Positions 1 through 9,918 of a stretch of 64,000 bases of DNA are shown one piece after another. The position numbers and the translations under genes were made by a program. The notes beneath the pieces are model-generated. The model was not told the origin of the DNA. It saw only the letters and a program-made list of their open reading frames with translations, and made no database searches. Numbering within the stretch: the stretch's first letter is position 1; every line of letters begins with the position of its first letter. This DNA comes from an uncultured Verrucomicrobiales bacterium (GTDB taxonomy: Bacteria > Verrucomicrobiota > Verrucomicrobiia > Verrucomicrobiales > DEV007). Location of the stretch: assembly GCA_938091905.1 (NCBI GenBank), contig CALKOM010000046.1, positions 1 to 64,000 of the forward strand. Direction: 5' to 3'.

Positions 1-561
1 AAAACTCCTCGAATCAGCGTCCATAGCCGTGTGAAGCTATGCTGCCACTTACTGAGGTAGGCAAGGTAGCGCAAGATGATGTAAGTGATGAATGCTACCA
101 AGATTTGCCATTTCACAGCCCTCTCATTGTATCCCACGAAGTCGCAGAGCTGCAGGCATTGCTTGAGCTCTTTGAAGAAGACTTCAATTGCCCAGCGGCT
201 TTTGTAGAGATTGCAGATGCTGCTGGCCGCGAGCTTCATGTTGTTCGTGGCGAGCTTACCTGGGTGATTCTGGAGCCCATCACAGATGTCATTGAGGCTC
301 AAAGCTCGGGTCATCTGACCATAGATGAGGGAGACGAGATGGCTCGAGGGTGAGAACGTTCGCGCTTGCTTCTCGCATCCGTGCTTGCGGGCCAACTTGG
401 AAACGAGACATGCCGGGATGTACTTGCAAACGGCATTGAGAATGGAGTATCTATTCTTTAGCTGGGGGCGATATGGCGTCTTTTTCGCTAAGCCTGCCTG
501 TAGCAGGTTAGCTTCAGAGATCCCAGCCTATCTTTTCAGTTAGCCCTATGGGATGGCTGTG
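1..561 (-). mobile_element. IS4-family element remnant (DUF4372/DDE transposase) with internal deletion; runs off the left window edge
   Basis: The minus-strand frame reads LKNRYSILNAVCKYIPACLVSKLARKHGCEKQARTFSPSSHLVSLIYGQMTRALSLNDICDGLQNHPGKLATNNMKLAASSICNLYKSRWAIEVFFKELKQ... This is a DUF4372-like N-terminus joined to the IS4 Y-2-R-3-E-6-K motif. Putative terminal repeat CACAGCCATCCCATAG (minus strand) at 546-561. Confidence 0.8.
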
Positions 562-1034
562 AATGGAATCTGTTCACGAGTATAAGTAGGTGCCTCAATA
601 GTCTTGCCTACTAAACCAGTGGGCCATTCGTCACAGTCAGGACACCCGTGCTCTGGAGTGCAATACTGCCTACATTGCGGACATCGCCATGTACAGTTAT
701 TCATACGGTATGTGACCCCATCATCAGTGAAGACAATATCATTGAACTTTTCTTCCCATGGGAACATGTAATCATTGCTCCTTACTTCACGGGGCTCGAA
801 CCCAAGTTCAATGCGGGCTTGGTCATAGTTGTCGTAAAGGGCATGAGTAATACGCTTTTCGTCAAATGCCTTTTGTATCACTAAACTTAGTTCATGAAGT
901 TGACTTCTTGACATATAAGTCATCTCCTTATAGGTCACAAGACCAATCCTTCGGATGCGTTTTAGTTCCTCGATTTTTTGTTTGTTAATCACGATTTTTC
1001 CTTCCTCCGTCGGCAACTGCTGCTCTATATTCAT
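546..1034 (-). CDS. Hypothetical protein with Cys cluster (CxxxCxxC..C..CxxC), probably 3'-truncated by the IS4 end
   Basis: 162-aa ORF, AT-richer than its flanks; the last codons TAIP* come from the putative IS4 terminal sequence. Confidence 0.55.
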   Translation of the reverse strand: MNIEQQLPTEEGKIVINKQKIEELKRIRRIGLVTYKEMTYMSRSQLHELSLVIQKAFDEKRITHALYDNYDQARIELGFEPREVRSNDYMFPWEEKFNDIVFTDDGVTYRMNNCTWRCPQCRQYCTPEHGCPDCDEWPTGLVGKTIEAPTYTREQIPFTAIP

Positions 1035-1046
1035 TATATATCTTAT

Positions 1047-2492
1047 GGATGCGACCTCAATTGGATGTCTTTAAGCACAATGTAGGGGATATTGTCAACT
1101 TGAGCATCTAGGCTTCCGCTGGTCCAGAGATCTTGGTGAAACCAAATTGCGAGAGTTTCTGCCAAAACTGCTCCCACCGCCCGTTTGTTAGAACCATAGT
1201 GCGCAATGATAGGATTTGCTTGGCTCCTGGCATCTGCCATTTCATTCCACTGCCGCACATCCGCTGTTTGACTACGATCTTGCACCCAGCTTCAGTCACT
1301 CCTGAGCCGATTGGTAAATCCATGGCAACATGTAGACTGTAGCCCATCCGATCTTGGTGGTTGCCAAAGTAGCTGATCGCTTGATCCAGTACTTTTGCTC
1401 GTGCCCCCTTGGTCACTTCAAGTCGCTCTTTCTCCATTTCTTCTAGCAATTCCTTAGCGGCTCCATTCTCATGCTTGAGCCGATGACAAGCGTCTTCTAA
1501 CCAGCTACCCTGTTGGTTCTTGCCTCGTGCCATCGCTTTGGCTGCCCCCGCCAAGTACTCAGCGACATGCCAGAAGTCGACGACTTGCCAAGTGGTCTGC
1601 GCTTCCAGCCAAGGCCAATGACTGTGCGCTCCATCGGCAATACCAACCCAACGGGCTTCTGGAAACCTCGTTCTCATCATCTCGATCTCTCCGTCCATTT
1701 TTGCAAAGAAGGTCTTCTTACCATATTCAGGTGCTTCCGCCACGTAGGTCGTGTGTAACCGTTCACCTTCATCATCATACAAAGCGATTGTTCCTACCAT
1801 AACCTCACGATACCCATCGTCACAGAACAGGGCGCAAGTGCCATCCACGCCTAAGGAGATCGTCTTCACGCGTTTGCCATAGCCTAGTTCTTCGGGCGTC
1901 GGGACGTATTTCCAGTAGTCCTGTTTCTCATCAATGATCGAAGCGACGTCAGCCCCAAGCTTCTGAAGGTAGGAGCGCGCAAATGTCCTCCCGAATTGTC
2001 TAAGATCCTTGATCGCAGCGTTGCTATTCATGATACCGAGTTTGAAGGCTGCCTGCTTGGCAAGAAGAGGGGTGGCCGTGCGCACAGTTCGTGCAGCAAC
2101 CTCCAAAGGACAATAAGTCGCGCCACCCCAAGAGCTCTGATAGACGTGACGGGGCACGGAAACAGGGCCATAGGGAGATTGGTAGGTCTTCTCCGCTTGC
2201 CCTTTGAAAGTGAGCGTTCGCCCGCCCATCTCGATGGGTGAACCGTCGGTATCAAAACGCTTGAGGCATTCGCCGGAAGCGAGAGCATTCGCATCATTGG
2301 AAGCCGTTTGCAGGTTAAGTTCGCTCTCAAGCATTGAAGCACCTGGAGTGAACGTGAACGACACCGTGACTGTGTTGTCAGGATTACGCTGAATGTCAGG
2401 AGACATTTGGCGACCCTACATATAACCACTAGAAGTACAACCTATTTGTTTGAGTGTTATCGTAATGTCTACATCAATACGAGGTCGCACCC
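1047..2492 (-). mobile_element. ISKra4-family insertion sequence (1446 bp)
   Basis: Imperfect terminal inverted repeats flank the transposase: GGATGCGACCTCAATTGGATGT at 1047, and ACATCAATACGAGGTCGCACCC at 2471-2492 (reverse complement GGGTGCGACCTCGTATTGATGT). No flanking direct repeat. Confidence 0.85.
1108..2406 (-). CDS. ISKra4-family (UPF0236-like) DDE transposase
   Basis: 432 aa; motifs YQSPYG..RHVYQ, LGVDGT, IADGA, DFWH, PIGSGVTEAGCK..VKQR..GMKW. Confidence 0.9.
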   Translation of the reverse strand: MSPDIQRNPDNTVTVSFTFTPGASMLESELNLQTASNDANALASGECLKRFDTDGSPIEMGGRTLTFKGQAEKTYQSPYGPVSVPRHVYQSSWGGATYCPLEVAARTVRTATPLLAKQAAFKLGIMNSNAAIKDLRQFGRTFARSYLQKLGADVASIIDEKQDYWKYVPTPEELGYGKRVKTISLGVDGTCALFCDDGYREVMVGTIALYDDEGERLHTTYVAEAPEYGKKTFFAKMDGEIEMMRTRFPEARWVGIADGAHSHWPWLEAQTTWQVVDFWHVAEYLAGAAKAMARGKNQQGSWLEDACHRLKHENGAAKELLEEMEKERLEVTKGARAKVLDQAISYFGNHQDRMGYSLHVAMDLPIGSGVTEAGCKIVVKQRMCGSGMKWQMPGAKQILSLRTMVLTNGRWEQFWQKLSQFGFTKISGPAEA

Positions 2493-2864
2493 TTCGAGAA
2501 TAACCTGTTAGAGAGCAATGGCCGCTATGGCGTCTCGATCGGGCATAAGGACACGGACAATCTCATCCGCAATAACAAGATCGTCTCCAATGCCGGGGCT
2601 GGCATCTATTTCCGGTCGGAAACGGTCGGGATGGCAGGGCATCGCAATACGATTGAGCTGAACGTGATCAAGAACAACGCGTCTGCGGGAATTCACATTC
2701 GCGGGGCTACCAATGGGCTCGTCATACGCGACAATATTGTTTCCCAGCCCAAGACGTTGGGAGTGGTGATCGAATCTCAAGTGGGCCATCTCAGTTTAGA
2801 TGGAAACAAGATTGATGCCACCAAGGAGATCGACGACAAACGATCCCGGCCCGAGCCGGAATAG
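2493..2864 (+). pseudogene. C-terminal fragment of a right-handed parallel beta-helix protein, 5'-truncated at the ISKra4 end
   Basis: The frame is open from the first base after the IR: FENNLLESNGRYGVSIGHKDTDNLIRNNKIVSNAGAGIYFR..NVIKNNASAGIHI..IRDNIV (beta-helix repeats). The N-terminus is missing. Confidence 0.75.
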
Positions 2865-2871
2865 AGGGCTG

Positions 2872-4269
2872 TTAGACAAGTTTTGAGCGTCCCTTTGGTA
2901 AATCAAAACACACGAGGGCATGGTCGTCGTTCTCGCACCAGGTCTGGGCTTGCAGGTGCCTAGCTGAGGCCACCTTGGTTAGTGGTGTTTCTTTGTTAGC
3001 CTGGCTGATGGCAAGGCTAAGGATGTTCTCTTTTGGCACGGAAATGGTGAACTCGGGGCAGGCATAGGGAGCCCGAAATCCGATCGATTTCTCTGTCACC
3101 TCAATCTGAGTGAGTTCCTTCGCGGCCCAATAGCGAGCCAATTCACTCAGCTTCATCCAGACCAACTGATCGAATCGCGCGTGAAGTCTCTTCACGACTT
3201 CCTTGAAGACGTTGAATCCCTTCTCCTCACCATTCCAATGAATGCCGGTCCAGTGACAGACCATCATGGCCGGTTCACCTCGGGTGATGACATCTACCAT
3301 GCGACCTGATTGAAGATCTTCCGTGATGAACTTGTCTGCGCCCGCGGGTTCGACATTGTGCCACCCTCCGGTCCAATCGCCTGTGCATCCTATGATACTA
3401 ACGACACAGCGTGGATCGTTCCCGTCGAGGCCACTCGCATACTCTACCCTGGGGACTACACTGCGTTCGTCGGTGTAGAGATGTCTGAAATAGTGTGGCA
3501 ATTCTGTCCCAAAGACGTCCCGCACGGATTCGAAGGTTGCTTGGGAGAGCTGAGGCAAGGCCTTGTTCCCATAGCCTCCCGGGGTGGTGATACCCTCACA
3601 GGGAAGGTCCACGTTTTTGAGGATTTGGAGGGCATAGGCGTGGTAACTCGCGAGCTCGTCGACGCTCTTGCCCGTAGTCCACTCCCAGTTCTCCATGAAC
3701 TTGGGCGAGTTCTCGGAGTAGGGATGACCAGTCTTCAGATCAATCACTCGTGTGTGGGTGACCATCTCGGGATGAATATCCCAATTCGGCATCATGACCT
3801 CTCGGACCAGCTTGATGCTATCATTGATCTCTTTGCGTGACCAACCGGGCATTTCGAGGTCGAGTCGACCTACACAAGCCGGATAGGGGACAATGCTGTA
3901 CTTGCCTTTGACGCCATGTTCCCCACACCATTCTCCGAATTTCCAAACAAAGCTGTCTGGAATCTCCACAGGCCAGCGTTTCCAGTTACGATGATAGGCC
4001 TTGTTCTTCCCGCCCCAAGCCGCATTGAACTGCGGCATCGCGAAACGATTGAGGTTCACCAAACAAGTCGAGTCGTCGATGATCAAGCCCACAGGGACTC
4101 GGTCCCGCGGATTGATGACTTGGATCTTGGAGGACTGGGTAGGACGATCTCCGGGTTGCTGTGCGAAGGTTGGCGAAGGAATGCCAGCCAGCATTGCTGC
4201 GGGTATCGCTTTTGAAGTCTGCTTGAGGAAACTCCTTCGCGTGACGGATGGTTGGTCTGGTGTGGTCAT
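2872..4269 (-). CDS. Tat-exported conserved hypothetical protein (polysaccharide deacetylase-like fold possible)
   Basis: 465 aa; TRRSFLK twin-arginine signal; IIDD and HPE..TH motifs. Confidence 0.75.
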   Translation of the reverse strand: MTTPDQPSVTRRSFLKQTSKAIPAAMLAGIPSPTFAQQPGDRPTQSSKIQVINPRDRVPVGLIIDDSTCLVNLNRFAMPQFNAAWGGKNKAYHRNWKRWPVEIPDSFVWKFGEWCGEHGVKGKYSIVPYPACVGRLDLEMPGWSRKEINDSIKLVREVMMPNWDIHPEMVTHTRVIDLKTGHPYSENSPKFMENWEWTTGKSVDELASYHAYALQILKNVDLPCEGITTPGGYGNKALPQLSQATFESVRDVFGTELPHYFRHLYTDERSVVPRVEYASGLDGNDPRCVVSIIGCTGDWTGGWHNVEPAGADKFITEDLQSGRMVDVITRGEPAMMVCHWTGIHWNGEEKGFNVFKEVVKRLHARFDQLVWMKLSELARYWAAKELTQIEVTEKSIGFRAPYACPEFTISVPKENILSLAISQANKETPLTKVASARHLQAQTWCENDDHALVCFDLPKGRSKLV

Positions 4270-5441
4270 GGCGTGTTGAGCTGGTCTAGAGGAATGATCG
4301 CGAGTTCTGCACTGTTGCGATTCGCTCCGCGTCCACCATCGTTCGAGTAGGCGATGTAAAGCCTACCAGCCCGCTCGATCGCATATGGATAGGAAAGGGC
4401 AGCCTTAGGATGGGACTCGCCTTGCCCCTGAGGGAAGACGGCATTGCGAATGCAGAATACCTTGGAGTAGGATGCCTCTCCTGGCTGACTAACAGCGATG
4501 GTGAGTGGAGAACGACTATTGCCGGAGTTCGCGGTCGTGGTGTTGACGAGATAGCGTTGCCCATTGGAGAGACGACCTGCGTAAGGCTTTGAGGCTGCCA
4601 TGGGAAGATTGCTAGGTTTCATCGGTGACCAAGTGCGCCCATAGTCATTGCTGTGTGCAACCAATGCTTTGGGCTCATGTTTCCGCGAGATACAGGTAAT
4701 GTGAGAGCCCTCCACATCGATGGTCGATTCACCCCATAGTCCGAGCCCTTCTTGTCGTGGGATCTCGATCACTTCCCATGTTGTAAAGTCGTCGCCTTTA
4801 CTGATCACGACTGCAGCAGGATCATTCAAGCCGCCCACGCCGCCGACGACTTTCAGGCCGGCCATGATCCAATCACCGTTCTCCATCTTGTGCGGTTCTT
4901 GCATCGGCCAAAAGCCGCTCTCAGCCACCACACCTTTCTTCTGCCAACGTTTCGCCGCCGAATCGTAAGTGTAGGCGCGTGTATGCACTTTCTCTAACCG
5001 CCGATAGAAGGCGCCGTGAAATGCCCACAAGGTGCCAGCGTGAGAGAGAAAGACCCCGTGGCTCACGGCCAAGTCTGCCTCTTCGCCGTCATCGATCATG
5101 GTTAGGCTTGACCAGGTTTGGCCACCGTCAGTGCTCGTCTGTGAACGAGCTTCCTCGCTAGCCGTGTTCTCCTTGCCTTTGTTGATTCCAAAAGATGCAA
5201 AGAGAAGGTTGTCGTGCCAGGCGAGGGCCACTCCGTGCAGCCAGTTGAATCCATCGATCTCCGGCTGGCGCTTCTTGATCACACGGAACGCGACGTTCTG
5301 TAGTTCCGTTAGGTCACTCGCCTTCGGCATTTCTGTCGTTGGGTGCCAAAGAGAATCGAGTTTGAACGAGGCCCTCTCTTGGGCAATTAGTGTTGCTGAA
5401 ATTGCAATAAGTAGCAGGGCGGATCGCAGGGGGCACTTCAT
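4266..5441 (-). CDS. BNR/Asp-box repeat exo-alpha-sialidase-like protein
   Basis: Signal peptide; Asp-boxes STDGGQTW and SNDYGRTW; C-terminal SYP motif; overlaps the downstream gene by 4 nt. Confidence 0.8.
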   Translation of the reverse strand: MKCPLRSALLLIAISATLIAQERASFKLDSLWHPTTEMPKASDLTELQNVAFRVIKKRQPEIDGFNWLHGVALAWHDNLLFASFGINKGKENTASEEARSQTSTDGGQTWSSLTMIDDGEEADLAVSHGVFLSHAGTLWAFHGAFYRRLEKVHTRAYTYDSAAKRWQKKGVVAESGFWPMQEPHKMENGDWIMAGLKVVGGVGGLNDPAAVVISKGDDFTTWEVIEIPRQEGLGLWGESTIDVEGSHITCISRKHEPKALVAHSNDYGRTWSPMKPSNLPMAASKPYAGRLSNGQRYLVNTTTANSGNSRSPLTIAVSQPGEASYSKVFCIRNAVFPQGQGESHPKAALSYPYAIERAGRLYIAYSNDGGRGANRNSAELAIIPLDQLNTP

Positions 5442-5499
5442 CTAAAGCTTGATTGTACCTGATGACGGGAACTCACGTCCATAGCTTCCTGAAGTGGTG

Positions 5500-6690
5500 T
5501 CACTGTGTCCTCTGGCGCATATCGAGAGTGGATCTGTGTGCGTCGGTTCGCTTCCGCTTGTCGAACTCAGAGAATTTGCGATAGGCCGAAGGTGTCATGT
5601 CAGCAAATGAGCGCAATACGATGCCGAAGCGCCAGTGATTGGAGAACCCGCACTCCAAAGCGATTAGATGTACGGATAGGGAGCTGTCACGAAGGAGACC
5701 TAGGCCTTTCGGGATTCGCGCACGATGAATAGAGACCAGGACCGTTAATCCTAGCCTACTCGCAAACGTACGCTCCGAACTTCGTCCTGAAACACCTGTG
5801 AAGCCTGCCAAGGCATCCACAGTAAGTGTTGAATGCCGTAGATTACGTTCAAGGAATGTGATTGCTTTGCGCATCAGCGAATCTTCTGCGGCAAAGAGTT
5901 GGGTGGAACGGCGCTCGACGATGCGAATCGGCTCGATCCGAGTATCCGGAGGATTGAGATCGCCCGATTCCATCATTTGGTTGAGCATTGCAGCTGCGCG
6001 ATAGCCGATTTCCTCACCGGGGTTATCAATGCTAGACAGAGGTGGTGAGGAGAGCAGGCACATCGTTTCATCATTGTCGACGCCTAACAAGGCGACCTCG
6101 TCGGATACAGCAATGCCGCCAATCTGACAGAGTGAGCTCAGCATGCGTGCGTGCTCGTCATTGGAGCAGAAGACAGCAATGGGCTTGGGCAATTCTACCA
6201 ACCATTGGCGAACCGACTCCTCTGCTTGTTTCATTCGGTCTTCAAACGGAGTGCGCAATGTGTAGTCAATGTGGGCTGCACTGAAGTGGATCTTCTTGGC
6301 ATCGAGTGAATGACGAAAGGCCTCTTCTCGCTGTCTAGAGAACGCCGCTGATGCGCTACCAAAGAACACACACTGGCGATAGCCGAGCTCGAAGAAGTAC
6401 TTGGCTGCCATCTTTCCTACGACCTTCTGATCCGTGTCGGTGTTTGGCAGTTTTGATGGTCTCTTGGTTGGAAGAAAGATTAACGACCGGAAGGCCGCTC
6501 TTCTCAAGGTCGAGACCAAGTTCTTCATCGAGAGCATGGGCGATCACTCCTTCTTGGGATGATGCCACCAATCGATCCACAGAGTCAACGTTCTCGGTCA
6601 TACTCTGCGATCTCCATGATTGCGCTGCGGAATTGGCCTATTTGTAGGTTCAGGAGAAGGCTGACCCATCTGTGATGCGTTGTTGCCATG
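5500..6690 (-). pseudogene. XylR-type (LacI-like sensor + AraC HTH) regulator, frameshifted
   Basis: The C-terminal ORF has LPKPIAVFCSND, LLGVDND, PPLSSI and an AraC tail (IALECGF..TPSAYR). The N-terminal part (GVIAHA..LPVVNLS) lies in another frame (6356-6601 ORF). 5' boundary approximate. Confidence 0.75.
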
Positions 6691-6899
6691 GTTCCCTTGC
6701 TCATCTCATCGGTGTTCTCACGACCGTCGTGCTAATACGTGTCTCGCAAGCCAGATTGGCGCAATACGACACTATCTTGGTGGATACCTGCAGGCAGACG
6801 GCATAGGATCTGCAAAAGAGACTTTCCGGTTTGCGGTCCAGCCTGGCAGTCAGATTCGCCCGTGGGTTCGTTCTATCAATGTGCTGGTTGTTCAACAAG

Positions 6900-7830
6900 C
6901 GTCTGCTGCTGACAAGCGAATCCTCTCCTTTGCTGGGCCCGAAAGCCACGGCTGGGGGCGCATCAGCATCCAGCTGGAAGCGTGATTCTATCCGAGTCGT
7001 TGAAGAAGTCTGGACTGGGCGTTGAAGTGGAGCTCACCAATGAATGGCCTGACATTGAGCGATTGAGAGAGGCTGATGCTTTTTTAATCTATGCAGACGG
7101 GCTGGTCGAGCCATCCGGCGACGAATCACGTGGAAGATCTTGAATCGTATATAGATTAAGGTGGTTTCGTCCCTGCCATTCACCTTCGCGAAGATAGAGT
7201 AGACCAACATCGACATTTGCTCTGATGCTGGAACTAAGCTCTCCTCGCATGACAGTATTGATCATGGCGTCCCGATACTGATTGCTGCTCCATTTTAGAT
7301 CAGCGCGTTTGATGCCAATCGGTGTGAAGACACGCTCAAACATCGGCTCAATCACGTCTCGCTGATAGGCTAGGGTAACTCACTCAGCCAGCCAGTTGGG
7401 CCCACCATCGCTGTAGTGCCATTGCGTGCCTGGTTGAAGCACGAACGCTTCATAACCTCCCGGTTTTAAGAATCCGGCGGTTTGCGTCGCGAAATGGTTG
7501 GATCGAGATCTCATCGATCCAACCGGTATCGTTGTTTGCCTTGGGAGGAACCGCGAGTGAAGGGATGTGTTTGATGGCTTTGTCAGATAAGGTGATCTTT
7601 CCATCGGCCATGGCCAAACCGAGTGCCGTCACACCAAACGACTTGGTTGTCGATTTCAGATCGAAGAGCTTCCTTGGATCGCCCCACTACATCAAGTTGT
7701 TGGATGGCCAAGACTCTACAGCCATGAATGGTAGGGTGGCCAATGACCAAGCTACCAGGATTCAAAGGATCATTCCCCAGGCTATCCGATCTCCAAACGG
7801 ATCAAAAGAACCATCGGAAGAGGATCACTA
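6900..7830 (-). pseudogene. Serine hydrolase (beta-lactamase class C-like), fragmented
   Basis: Pieces in different frames: FDLKSTTKSFGVTALGLAMADGK (SxxK), QPGTQWHYSDGG, RVFTPIG, GLLYLREGEWQG. Boundaries approximate. Confidence 0.7.
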
Positions 7831-7899
7831 GCGTCCCGAGCACCAGGATTACACAGTGGATGAGAATCCTGGATCTATTCACAACGGTTTGCGAGTAGA

Positions 7900-7943
7900 G
7901 TCAGCTTCAACGATCAGTCGGGTCAGCTTCAACGATCAGTCGG
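7900..7943. repeat. Perfect 22-bp tandem duplication GTCAGCTTCAACGATCAGTCGG x2
   Basis: Read directly: 7900-7921 = 7922-7943. Confidence 0.95.
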
Positions 7944-8055
7944 TTGGTGACCACGGGTAGAACCATGGCAACGTTTGCGATCGCTCCGTAGACCGATACC
8001 GATGGAGCGACGCGTTCAACGACGATAGTCGATCCGATTTGTTATAGGGTTAAAA

Positions 8056-8132
8056 TGGTCGGGGCGGCGGGATTCGAACCCACGGCCTCTGCACCCCCAG
8101 TGCAGCGCGCTACCAGGCTGCGCCACGCCCCG
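8056..8132 (-). tRNA. tRNA-Pro (GGG)
   Basis: Minus strand CGGGGCGTGGCGCAGCCTGGTAGCGCG-CTGCA-CTGGGGG-TGCAG-AGGCCGTGGGTTCGAATCCCGCCGCCCCGACCA: cloverleaf, anticodon GGG, encoded CCA. Confidence 0.97.
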
Positions 8133-8251
8133 ACGATGCTTCGACGGTCCTTAGGAATCGCTTCTTTGGCAAGTTCCTTTTGAACGAATCCCAGGCTGAA
8201 ATTACCGAAGGATCAGGCGTGATTTCCCATAAACACCATCTATACTTAAGA

Positions 8252-8848
8252 ATGCTTAACTTTCGCGGAATTCTCGCACTCCTCTTCGTTTGGTGCTGTC
8301 TACTGGCACCGGCGAGTGCCTTCCGCACGGTGGTGATCGATGCCGGGCACGGCGGGAAGGACGACGGAGCGAAGCGATACGGGGTGAAGGAGAAGGACCT
8401 CAATCTGGATACCGCCAAACGTTTGGAGAAGATTCTCAAGCGGCGCGGATTTCACGTGGTGATGACCCGGCGTACGGACCGTTTCCTTCATTTGCAGGAA
8501 CGGGCAAAGATTGCCAATCGCTACCAGGACGCCGTCTTCATCAGCATCCATTACAATGCCCATCCCGACACGTCGGTGAAGGGGATCGAGACGTTTTATG
8601 CGACGATGGAGGGGCGAAAGCTCGCTTCTGGCATTCAGAATCACCTGACCAAGCGGATACGGCAGACACGCAATCGCGGCATCAAGTCGGGCAAACAGTA
8701 CGCGGTGCTGAACAAGACGCGGATGGTCAGCGTCTTGGTCGAGGGTGGCTTTATTAGCAATTCTTGGGAACGGAGTCGGCTCAACGGGGCCTGGTATAGG
8801 CAGATCGTGGCTGAGCAGATCGCCAAGGGCATTCTCATTCACAAATAG
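8252..8848 (+). CDS. N-acetylmuramoyl-L-alanine amidase (Amidase_3)
   Basis: VVIDAGHGGKD, EKDLNL, SIHYNA and VLVEGGF motifs; signal peptide follows the ATG at 8252. Confidence 0.92.
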   Translation: MLNFRGILALLFVWCCLLAPASAFRTVVIDAGHGGKDDGAKRYGVKEKDLNLDTAKRLEKILKRRGFHVVMTRRTDRFLHLQERAKIANRYQDAVFISIHYNAHPDTSVKGIETFYATMEGRKLASGIQNHLTKRIRQTRNRGIKSGKQYAVLNKTRMVSVLVEGGFISNSWERSRLNGAWYRQIVAEQIAKGILIHK

Positions 8849-8860
8849 CGGGGCCATGTC

Positions 8861-9820
8861 GTGAGTGTGGATCGCTTCATTAGCGGTGACTGGGGAACGA
8901 GCCGGTTGCGTTTGCGCCTTGTTCAGCGAGAACCCTTTCGAATTCTTGAAACGATCGAGTCTGAACGTGGCATTGCCGCAGTTTATGATGGTTGGGAATT
9001 TAGTGGGAATTCTCGTGAGAACTATTTCGAAGGTATTGTTGGTGAGGCGCTTGAGGGATTTGAGGAATTAGTTGTTGGCTTGCCTGTTGCCGTTTCAGGC
9101 ATGGCTTCTTCGACCATCGGTTGGTGTGAACTGCCCTATGCGCCGCTGCCCCACCAATTGACGGATCCACTGGCCTCAAAGGTTGTCGGAGCCGACCTCG
9201 ATGTCCGACTGGTGTCAGGTCTGCGCTGGGAGACCCGTGACGTCATGCGGGGTGAGGAATCTCAGGTTGTTGGCGTGTGGGGCAATCCAACTCTCAATCT
9301 ACCATCGCGTTTTCGGCTCATTTTACCGGGCACCCATAGCAAGCACGTTCTCATTGAAGACGACACAATTACGGCGTTCCAGACGTTTCTGACTGGTGAT
9401 CTGTTCCAGGCGCTTGGACGATACTCAATACTCAAGCATTCCGTTGAAATGCGGACGGAAGTCGTTGCTAATGATGCGTTTAGAGACGGCGTCCGTCGCT
9501 CTCAGACGGACCCGATGGACCATGTGCTCTTCAGCCTTCGCTGTGCGGACCTTTTTAATATACGCGAAGCCGCTGAGAACGCAGCCTTCCTTAGCGGCCT
9601 GTTGATTGGCAGTGAGATGAGCGCGTTGGCTGAGGGTGCAGAAACGGTGGTCGTTGCGGAGACAGCTCTCGGAAAGCTCTATGCGGCGGCACTTCATATC
9701 TTGGGAGAGAGTGCTCGACTTGTCTTGATTGCGGAAACTGCTCTCGACGAATCGGTCGCCCGATCCCACGCTCGGTTGTTCGGAAGTTCTTCGCAGAGTT
9801 GCTCACAAGCTCAACGCTAA
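8861..9820 (+). CDS. dgoK: 2-dehydro-3-deoxygalactonokinase
   Basis: DWGTSRLR, GMASSTIGW, DVMRGEE, LPGTHSKH, LSGLLIGSE. Confidence 0.9.
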   Translation: MSVDRFISGDWGTSRLRLRLVQREPFRILETIESERGIAAVYDGWEFSGNSRENYFEGIVGEALEGFEELVVGLPVAVSGMASSTIGWCELPYAPLPHQLTDPLASKVVGADLDVRLVSGLRWETRDVMRGEESQVVGVWGNPTLNLPSRFRLILPGTHSKHVLIEDDTITAFQTFLTGDLFQALGRYSILKHSVEMRTEVVANDAFRDGVRRSQTDPMDHVLFSLRCADLFNIREAAENAAFLSGLLIGSEMSALAEGAETVVVAETALGKLYAAALHILGESARLVLIAETALDESVARSHARLFGSSSQSCSQAQR

Positions 9821-9918
9821 CAAATGCAATAATGCAATGATAGAATTTGCCTAGTGTCGGGCAAATTTGCTTGCTGAAGAAATCGAATCCGTTAGGCTCC
9901 GTTCCTTCTCCGATCACC

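Noticed and set aside
39..353. Plus-strand 104-aa ORF
   Set aside because: Antisense shadow of the IS4 transposase remnant.
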